In this document: positions 53,701 through 64,000 of the stretch, piece by piece
Numbering within the stretch: the first letter of the stretch is position 1
How the letters are laid out: the number at the start of each line of letters is the position of its first letter
DNA from: Chrysomallon squamiferum
Lineage: Eukaryota; Animalia; Mollusca
Assembly (NCBI GenBank): GCA_012295275.1
Contig: CM022669.1
Location: 11,780,001-11,844,000, forward strand
Reading direction: 5' to 3'
DNA length: 64,000 nucleotides
Program-made: the position numbers and the translations under genes
The notes under the pieces: generated by a model
The model's database searches: none
Told to the model about the DNA's origin: nothing
The model's input: only the letters and a program-made list of their open reading frames with translations

Positions 53701-56700
53701 TATACTGTTGAGATAATATATGCATTGTTACCATGGCAGGAAGAAAATATTTATATTTCTAAGTGCAGTTCCTATGAATTTTATATGATAACATTTTTTT
53801 ATAATTAGATGTAACATTAATTCTCTGCATAAAATATTAAGAGACAAAACTACAAAATATTGTTACTGTTACTATTATTAAAGTCTTCTTTCATTCTTTT
53901 ATTAACATGAGTAACAGAAATTAATACATTAATTATTTCTTTGCTACATAGTTCTTGATTTGTGGAGTTTGTTTTTGTGTCACTGCAATATAGATTTTTA
54001 AAAGTATTTTTTTGTTATTTTATTTATTATTATTATAATTAATTAATGGCTGTTGCTAATCAGCATGTGAAAATATATATCTTAATTTAATTCTTATATA
54101 TATATATTTTAAACCCCCTGCTAATTGTTATCTGTATACCTTAATTACTGATTTGAGTATTAAATTTAATCAGGTATCTTTGGGAGAAAAACCCCCAAAT
54201 CCATACTCCTGTATGAAAAATCATCCATTAAAAACCATACTTAAAAAAAGAAAAAGTAAAAAAAGTGACTAAGATTCGAAGCACTTAGATTACTGTTCTT
54301 TCTTTTCTTTCTTTATTCTCTTTTTCTCTGTTTTTAAATATGAATTGCTTAAATGTCGATATTGGTGGGGAATGTATTTCTTTTTTCTTTTTTCTTTTTT
54401 ATCAGACCTGAATAAAAAAAAAAAAACAGACATAAAAATTGGCACAAAATTAGCTTTAAATAACAACAGAAAAAGATTAGTATTTTTATATTAAAGTTTA
54501 AAAGAAATAATTGTAATTACTAGAGACCAGCAAATTGTAACATTTCATTACAAGTCAGGCTTTCAGAAATGTATTAAACTTCAACATCCTTTTGTTTAAG
54601 ACCATCACTGAGGAAAAATCTAAATAAAATTATTACTCTTCTATTCAGGGAAATGGGGATTCCTAATACAGAAGAAATAATCTCTTGGATTAATAAGCTT
54701 TCATATTGAAGCAGCATCATTCTTTGGATTTCTCGTTGCCATGACTCTGTGGAATCCTTGCTCTTTTCATTTCTTACCAAATTATTGATATTTGTATGCC
54801 AGAGAGTCTCAGGTGTTCTCAGTGTGGAGAGAATCAGAGATGTGTATTTGTCATCTTTGCCAATATTTTAATAATTATACATTACACAAAAACAAAATTA
54901 CAATGCCTTGCATATTAGTGTCTCAGGTTTGTTGGTAAATCAAGGAATTGGAGAAACTGGTTTCTGTCAACGTTGTTAGCTTGATCATCAGGAGCATTTA
55001 ATTAGTGCCATTTCCCTGACATATTTTGCTTATTACTGCCTGGCTAGAGTTTACCAGTTGCTTAGTTAAATTTGTTAATCTTGTTTGAATAGTTCTGACT
55101 CTCTGAGGCATTCTGTATTTTTATGTTGGTAGTTGGGTTTTTTTGGGGGGGGTTTTCTCTCTCTTATTTTTTTTTTTTTTTTGCCTCTGTATTTAATGGA
55201 ATAATCTAATTAATAAGGATTCTTGTAGTTCTACCAGTTCATGTTAAAAAGTCCACTGGATTTGTAATTTCAAACTTCTCAATTTCAGTTTGAGTTAATT
55301 GCAAATTGTTTTGTTAATTGACTGGTCAGTTTGATGTGCATCTTGAATTGCTTTTGAAAACTAACAAAGAAATTGTCTGATCAGTAAGAAAGAAAGTGGT
55401 TTGGTTAGTGACACTAAAAATAAAATACACTGTATGTTTCTCTAGTTAAAAATAATGCAGTATCAATTAGAAATTCTTCTGAAAATAATAATGGTTATTT
55501 AGAAATTATTTTTTTTTTAAATAATGGCCAATATAAAAAAAAAAAAAGGTTAAAATTTCAAAACCAATAAATACAAATTTCAAAATAGGTCTTTGATAAA
55601 TATTATGAATTGCTTTTTATTTTACTGTTCTTATTATGACCTTAGGAAGATACCAGATGACAGATTATTACTTGATGCCCAGATACTGTTAAACTTCAAG
55701 CTTTCATTCATATACATACACAGCATAAAATGGCTAGAAAAGAAGTAAAAGTTAGCTGATTAACAACAATTATTTCTAATTTATAATACTTGTGAACCAA
55801 AGCTAACCATACCCACTGACATTACGTATTGTTAATTCATTTTGCCCTGCAGTTAAAACTTCTGGACGTTACTTGACTTTTGTTTGGGTGATGCCAATAC
55901 ATGTAACTTAATTTGATGGCAAATAAAATTTGAAAAGCTGGAATCATTAGTTTCTGAAGTCAGACCATGCCATTAGACAAGGCTGTTCACCTAGAAGATT
56001 GATCCCAGCTCCACGTAGTCTGTGAACAATGTCAAAGCACTGCCTCCACTTGCCTCGCTTGAGCATTCATTGGAACCATGGATTTTTTCAATAGGAGTTC
56101 TATTATTTATGAGCCTTCCAGCAAGAAATTCTATACCTCAATATTGGTTGAATAATTAGAGACCAAAAATAAAACCAAACAGTTCCTGAGAATAATTTTT
56201 CACTCTGATGTTGTAAATTGTTGATTTGCAGCAGAGTTGTCACATTGTTAAAGATTTGTGTTCTGTTTGTTTTTACTTAATACTTTTTTTATTTTTTATT
56301 TTTACTTTTGTTTTTATTTATTTATTTATTTGTTTATTTATTTTTTGCGATTTGCATTAATTACTGCATAATTACAGTTTGAAATCCTTCACAGTAATCA
56401 TGTTGGATTTCTCTGTTTTGAACATGATTATGACAGTCCATAAAATTTTCCTTTGATATATAGGAGTTCATCTGTTTTAATGTGCAAAGCGTGTTTTGTT
56501 CAGCTTTTTTATCCAGTATTGCTTCATTTAAAAAATAACCATAAATCACTGTCATTGAAACTTGTTGTTAACCAACCAAGAACACTTTAATTTGTTCAAT
56601 TATTCCCATAGTTTGATTTTTCATTTTCTCGTATTTAATTACCAATTAAGTTTTAATCATCATCATTTTTTGTAACTAAAAACCAAAAAACACAATTTGC

Positions 56701-57652
56701 TGGCAGTGTAAATTGTTGAATAAAATTATGAAATTAACATTCTTTGAATACTATTTATTAGTAAACATGTTTTTAATGTGTTTGTTGTTTTTTAAAAAGT
56801 TTATTTACATGGTTTTGTATTTAGAAGTAAATTAACTTAATATATTAATAATTATATTTACAATACTGTATTTTTAGTTTTCTTAAATTTGAGTGGTTTC
56901 ATGATTTAGAGTGTTTAATACCATAAAAAGGCTTCTGTTTCAGGAAAAAAAACCTAGCTAATTGTGTATTAACTAAATAATTTCACATAAGGTTGACAAT
57001 TTTCAAGCTTTTTTTTTATTATTATTAAATAATTTTGGGTTGCACTTTTGTCTGCCATTTTCCCTTAATTGTACTAATGTTTGAAATGTAAAGCACATAT
57101 ACACACACACACGCACAAATAATATTACTACTATTTCTGTTGCTGCAACCACCATCACAACAACTGTCATCATCATCATCATCATCATTATTCAGAAACC
57201 AATAATATCCTGTATTGAAAATGTTCTTCAAATTTGGTTTATAACACCAAAAGTATATTTTATCAAAAATGTATTCTCTATTGTTCTTTACTTTTTTATT
57301 TTTAGTATTTTTGTATTATTATTATTATTATTCTTTTTGCACTTACTGATAATGGTTGATTTTGTAACACAACTGGCTCATTTATTTATGCAGAAATTAC
57401 ATTTTAGTTCATTACCATGGCAACAGTCATAAGTTTTAGTAAGTTGTTCTCTGCCTCGTGTATTATTGACAAATTGCTGTTATTTAAATTTTTTATGTGA
57501 ACTTTGCTTTTGATATTTTTATATTGATTAAATTTTCATAAGCTCTCTGAGCTGAAATTGAAAAAAATCTCAAATTACCTAACATTGTTGATGCACAATT
57601 TTATCCAGACATGACAGTAATTAAGTGTAAGTATTTAAATGAAAGTAAAACC

Positions 57653-57762
<110 letters not shown>

Positions 57763-58011
57763 CAAAATTACAAAAATCGAGAGACATCTGTGGCTTTATA
57801 TTTTTTATTTCATTTTCCATTCTGTTTCTGTAGAGTCTGGGAAGGTGTGGACTTGTTACAATTATATCTTAATTTAGGTTTTGGTTTGCTAATTAATCTA
57901 TGAAGGGGGGGGAAATGATGATTAAAGAATCAAATAACGAGGTTATTAATTTTTTAATTAAAAATAACAAAGAAAAATAACTCCACTGTAAAAATATGTA
58001 CCTTGTAGAGC

Positions 58012-58013
<2 letters not shown>

Positions 58014-58060
<47 letters not shown>
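58014..58060. repeat. (CT)n microsatellite
   Basis: Direct reading. Confidence 0.95.
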
Positions 58061-58063
<3 letters not shown>

Positions 58064-61004
58064 TTTCATTTCATTTAATTGTTTATTTTTGTATTTATTA
58101 GTCTTAGAACAAGTTGAAACTGAAAAAAAAAAAAAAACAAGAAAAAAGATCAAATATCTGAAAGGGTTAGCTTTCCAGGACTCTGTATGATGCCTGTAGT
58201 TAGAAATTGTGATCGTTGAACTGTGTTTGTGTGAGATGAAATGGTAATCAGCTGTTCCATTGTCCTTGTGACGCATTACCTGAAACCATGTTATTGTCTG
58301 AACTCAGGACAGTTGTCGATTTTTAAACAATTTCTCATTGATTGCAAATAAAAAGGAAAAATGTTTTATTCCTGGAAGGCATTTCTACTTGAATTTATGT
58401 TTAGAAACTAAACCTCCCTTTGTGGTCAAATAGGTTTTTTGGTGAACATTTTAGACATTTCCTTAATTGATGCGTTTATTCTGTGCTGAAAAGACTCTGA
58501 GAGACTTGTTTTGACTTGTTTTGGTTACTTTGTGATGTATTTTGCCAGTTGCTGTAGCAGCACCTTCCAAGCAAGAACCTCAATTGAACCGCTATTGATT
58601 ATATCTTTTTTACCTTGTAAATATCAAAATTAATATCTAACAGAGCCTAGTGAATTTCATGTTGTTCTGGTTATCAAATTATAATGAGAATCTGCTGAAG
58701 AAAAAGCAACAACAATATCAATAGATAATAAAGAATGTAAGATATATATATATTTTTTTGTTATATTCTGTGCTGAAAATGCTAAAAGTTCAATGAATAT
58801 AATTAAAAAATAAAAAAAGAAGAAAAAAACATTGTTAAATTTTATTATAGCTTAAAAAATAATGGCAATAAAAATATCCCCATTCAAACATGTGTCTAAT
58901 TTAAATAAAATTAGTATTGATTTTTCAAATTTATTTGGTACTTACTTAAATGAACTTTATTGTTGAAACATGGTAAAGGTTTTTGCAGACCTGCGCTGAC
59001 CATCTCGGAGATTTCATTATACTGAAATTTAAAAGAATCTTCAATATACGGTGCAGGATATCTGGTTATCAACTACTGTTGCTATAGCTTAAAAACGATT
59101 TGCAACTAAATGATGATACTTAAATATGATGGTGAAAATATTAAGTATTATATTTTAACACATTTGATCTGATATTTATTATTCTGAGTTTCAGTTTAAC
59201 ACATTTTAACAAAGAAGTACAGAATGCATGTAACTTTTTGTTTCATCTCAATTAACAGATGGCAATATAGAACTTTCATTAATATTTCTGTATTATTTGA
59301 CCTTTTTTTTATTATGTTTATGCATAATTAGTGAAATAATGTTTTTTTCTTTTTGATGTTATTTTATTTTATTTTTGTTTTGTTTTATTAAATTCATCCT
59401 AGATATATTGAAATACACAAGAGAATATTTAATTTGAAAAATTCAGTTTTTCCTTAATAATTGACTGTTTATACAGCTGGAATGTTACTGATATATATGT
59501 GTATATATATATATACCATTAAACAGGTAACAATTACAAAAACTTGGATAATTTGCATTAATATAATATTTTAAACATTCATAAGCCTGCAGATGCAGCA
59601 AAGTCATTTCAAATGTTTCCTAAACCTGTAGTTTGATATTGAGCAAAGTTATTGCACACACATTTATTTAAGATATTTTTGGAATTTTGTTCTTGTATGA
59701 TATGTATTTGTGTTTGTGAGTGAATGTTTTAAGTTCAAAATAGTTATTTATAATCTGTTAGTTGATTTAAAAGAAAAACGATATTCTGAAGATAATAAAA
59801 GCCAGTTTTTCTTTTTTTTTCTCATACTTGGTATTGTTTGAAAATAGAAACAACAGAAAAATTGTTACAGATTTTTGATAAAAATGAAAAAAAAAAAAAA
59901 GGTTCCTTTGTATTTGTGGTGTTTTCATTGTTTATTAATGTGTTACACGAGTTAAGTAGACAAGTTTTACAAAGAAATAACAAATTACTTTGAATAGACA
60001 ATCCCATTTTAGCCCATTTAAATGGATAACATGAACTCTTTGTCTTACCATAATGGGACTTGTAGCTATTCAGCCTTCTATGTTCTGTCCTGCTGTCGAT
60101 TTTATCCCCCCTCACCCTTTACTGGTTGTGTCAATACCCATCATCATAGAACTTATTGGTTATCAATATTGGCTGCTGTCGAACGTATTAAATTTAAATG
60201 AAGCGGTATTTACATTATTTAGCTGAATACAATTGGTCATGCTTATCATTGTTTGGCACTTGGTGCCTGTTTTACTTGGTGTAAATCAATTTAATGATTG
60301 TTGGCTGTAATAGGTAGACCATGCAGACAAATTTTCAACATTTCTCTAAACTCAGTCTTTTTTTTTTTTTTAATCTCTTTACCTTTAATACTTGGTGACT
60401 TTGTAATGCTAATTTAAACAAATTCTTACTAGTTTTTTGTATGTTAAGTTTAGTTGGTGTCCCAAACATTAATATTTTTTCTTTTCATTTTAAACTTCCA
60501 TGCACAGACAAGATTGTTTTTTCTAAATTTTTAAATATTAATATTTCATGTTTGTAACAAATATTCTCTCAGTAGTTTTACTTGAGCATTTAAATATTTA
60601 ACTTTATTCCGTTTGAAAAATTATGTCTTTTGAGGTCGTTAAAGTGCAGTAGGAATGCTTTTCAGGAATTGAAGAACTGTTAAAAAATAAATGTGGTTGT
60701 GATATAACTACTGAGTCGAAGTGAATACAGTTCAGTTTCTGCAGACTGTTTTGTTGTAGCATTTTCAGACTGCATAGTGAAGCTGATAATTTAAGGAAAC
60801 AGTGAAAAGATGGGTTAATATGAATTCATTACAGCATTCCTTTGAACATTTTTATCTTTGATATTTTTGCTTTTTAGCACCACACACATGCTGTGTGTAA
60901 AAGTCAGATTTATTTTGTTGATAGCTTTCACCTATATGTTTATATCCTTTATAATCAATGAATTCGTTCAGTAAAAGACTGTTTTTCACTTTTTTTTATA
61001 AATG

Positions 61005-61043
<39 letters not shown>

Positions 61044-62130
61044 GTGATTAGGTTTGCATTTCATACTAATCTGTTGTACATTCTCGTATGAAAAGGGACA
61101 TTTATTCGAATAGTGCAGGCTGGAATTGGGATAATGAATTTGTACAGATCACTTCACTTTCCCTATGAAAATGGTTCACAGATCATTGGGTCTTTTCAGC
61201 AGAACTTCACTAAAAGGTTTGCTTAGCTGTTAAAAATTGTGATAGGTTCTTTTGTGATGCTTTGAATCCAGTGTCACATCATTAATAGATAGTTTTAGGG
61301 TCATTAAGCTGATGGTTTACAGTGGCGATGCTGCGATGATGTGCCAGAAAATGTGTACAATCAATTTATATTTGTTTTTCGTGCAGGAATACGTTGTCCA
61401 CTAGCTTTAGAAATAATACAGATAATTTTAATAATTTTTAGCTGTTATTTTATTAGTTTGTTTACTTATTGTTTTTGAATTTAATTAATATAAATTTTCA
61501 CGAGGTTAGAAAAGGTCATAGTACATTAGACACATTTCTTTTGCATTTACAGAATAGTGCTTTTTAATTATTATTTAAACATTTATATTCGTTGAAGGTA
61601 TTTTATTATTATTTTTTTTATGTTCATTCAACATCTGTTTCAGTGTCTCAGTTAATTTGTTTGTGTATTGTTATTATAATGAAAAATAATTTATTCATTA
61701 CTTAGTAACCTGAAAACATTACAGGTAAAAATCTTATTACTAACGTATGTACTCTTTTCTGCTATTATCTGTTGAAGTTTGCCTCTTCTTTGTTTCCATT
61801 TTATAAATTAGAACAATTTGTATTAGTTGTTGGAAATAATAATTATTTTTAAATGGCAATACAATGATGTTGGTATAATTGAATTCCAGTGTGATGGTAA
61901 AGAAACATCTAAATGTTTATTTAAATGTTTAATGATTTCTTTTGTGTTGTTCACTAAATCAATATGAACACACTCACTTGTGAGTTCAGTGTGTCACCAT
62001 CCAGGATCACAGCATCAGTGAACCGTCAAAGAAACTGTAAAATTTAATATCTTTACACCTTGTAAAGTTAATTCTGTTCTCTTAAATATTTCAGAATGAA
62101 CTAGGGATTTTACTTGATTTTTATTTTATT

Positions 62131-62162
<32 letters not shown>

Positions 62163-62994
62163 ACATTTTTATTATTTTAAAAGAAACATGTAAACATGTT
62201 TTAGTTCAATATTTGTATTTTTACCTCCCAAATTTGGTTTATTATTATTATTGTTATTATTATTATTATTATTTTTTTAATTATTATTATCTTTTTTTCA
62301 ATCATCCATACCTTTCCTCCAGGGTTTATTTCTGTGAGTTTTTGCAATTAAAGACATATTTTGTTTCATTTTAAATGGCTGTGGTAATGTAAACCCACAT
62401 TTATTATTTAGTATTGACTGTAACTTTTTAGTATATCATTATAATGTTGTTGTTTTTTTTGTTTTTTTAATGAGGTTAGATTTGTTACTGAAAATAGCTC
62501 ACAAAAATGTCTACACATGGTTTTTGTTCTATGACATGTACATAAAACCTTTGCATAATGTTGTTTTTAAAAATTTATATATTTAATGTGTAAGCAAATG
62601 TGTTAACTAGAGAATGAGCTGAAATTTTGTATCATCTGATGTTTCTAAAATTTCAAAAAATTATTACTCATCTGTTTTAAATAAAGCTGTGGTAAGTCAT
62701 TTTAGAACTAGATGGCTATTCAGCACTGCCTGAGTTGATTAATTGCTTCCGTTTTCACTGAAAAATACATGATCTACAGCAGATCCCGGCAGGAACTGGA
62801 GCTTTTTATATTAATATTTGATTCATGTCATTTCAGTTGACCGTCTTCTTTTATTTTTTTTGTTTTTTTTTTCTCGTTACAGGTGAATTGGACAGGTGAA
62901 TTCTCTAGCAGCTTATTAATTAGCAGCTGTACTTCTTGTTGATCAAAACAAAACAAAGTCTGCAAGATCAGTTTAACTGAAATTTCATTCCACT

Positions 62995-63016
62995 ATGGCC
63001 GATTCTTTGGATGGAG
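62995..63016 (+). CDS. Candidate first coding exon portion (MADSLDG...) of an unidentified gene continuing beyond the window
   Basis: Long polypyrimidine tract plus TACAG acceptor ending at 62882; Kozak-like CCACTATGG at 62990-62998; donor GAG|GTACAT at 63017. Too short to identify. Confidence 0.35.
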
Positions 63017-63286
63017 GTACATGCATGCTGTTTGTAGTAGTAAATGATCAATAATAATCACCATTAGGTGTGGGCCAGTAGTAATTAATTGATGGGGTGG
63101 GATTTGATAGTATCCTATTGTGTTAGAAGTGCAACAGGTAATAATGGCATCATTTTCTCCTCCTACCATCCTGTTACCCTCTCTGGCATTCTTTCTCGGA
63201 AAAAATAAAGTTACTGTGATTTTCTCAGAGGTAAAGAGAATGTTTATTGTGGGGGTTTTGTTATCTTGCAGAAATAATTCTTAATT

Positions 63287-63328
<42 letters not shown>

Positions 63329-64000
63329 TTTCAAAATACTGTAGTTATTAGACAGTTGCTATTAACTGTTCTGATCACCTGATGAGCAGACAATATACTT
63401 CCATTATGTAAGTCATTATAGTAAGTAATAAATCATCTTGAACAAATAAGTAATGTAGCAGGTCTGGAATTACTTTTTCTTTTTTCTTTTTAATGTCTCT
63501 TTTTTTTTTTGGTGTGTCTTTCCATTGATGTAATATGATTTGCAAACAGTAAGAAAATGCATTGTTATGATAAAATGTCCAAATAATTACAGAAAATTTA
63601 ACTAATTGAAAAAGACACATATAATACACACACACATTGTGACATTGTCAAAAGTTGATCTAGCTGCACATTTCTACCTGGTTTGTCATCTATATTTTTG
63701 TTAATCTTTTCTTAAATTGTATTTGTAGTTACATTAAATAGAGAAAAATTAAATCTATCCATTTTTAAGCATTGGGCTCTGATTGTGAAGAGTTAGAATG
63801 GTAATAAGAAATACCTCCCAGTTACTCCTTGTCCATGTTTCCATGCTAACCTAACAACAATAACATTAAAAAATAAAATAAAAAAAGGTTTCAATTTTAA
63901 GATGAAGTAGATTATTATAATTTGTTTTTCTTAATATCAGTCATCAGTTTTTCTTCCACATATAACACAAAATAACACTTAATGTGGAGAATTGTGCATT

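Noticed and set aside
55968-56025. AIRQGCSP peptide resembling the LINE reverse-transcriptase GxRQGCPLSP motif
   Set aside because: Only a few residues match, a stop follows shortly, and no YADD or other RT motif is nearby.
61972-61985. ACTCAC-TT-GTGAGT palindrome
   Set aside because: A 6-bp stem with a 2-nt loop is expected by chance in 64 kb.

Overview
AT-rich, microsatellite-rich, intron-containing animal genomic DNA (invertebrate; a gastropod mollusc is my best guess, from one remembered repeat family only). Six spliced protein-coding genes can be rebuilt exon by exon with GT-AG introns: 5'-truncated BLM RecQ helicase (+), POLR2M/Gdown1 (-), a divergent SWEET/SLC50A1 sugar transporter (+), ATP synthase alpha ATP5F1A (+), RIT GTPase (-) and DET1 (-). 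The last ~16 kb looks like the long 5' intron(s) of a seventh, unidentified + strand gene sharing a divergent promoter with DET1; it holds a 631-bp MITE, several RFX X-box-like motifs and a candidate first coding exon (MADSLDG). The firmest anomalies are two internal frameshifts: BLM (A-rich tract, 2470-2503) and SWEET exon 5 (apparent 4-nt deletion). Either may be an assembly error. I found no convincing new multi-gene biological system. Comparisons with human genes are from memory, not from searches.
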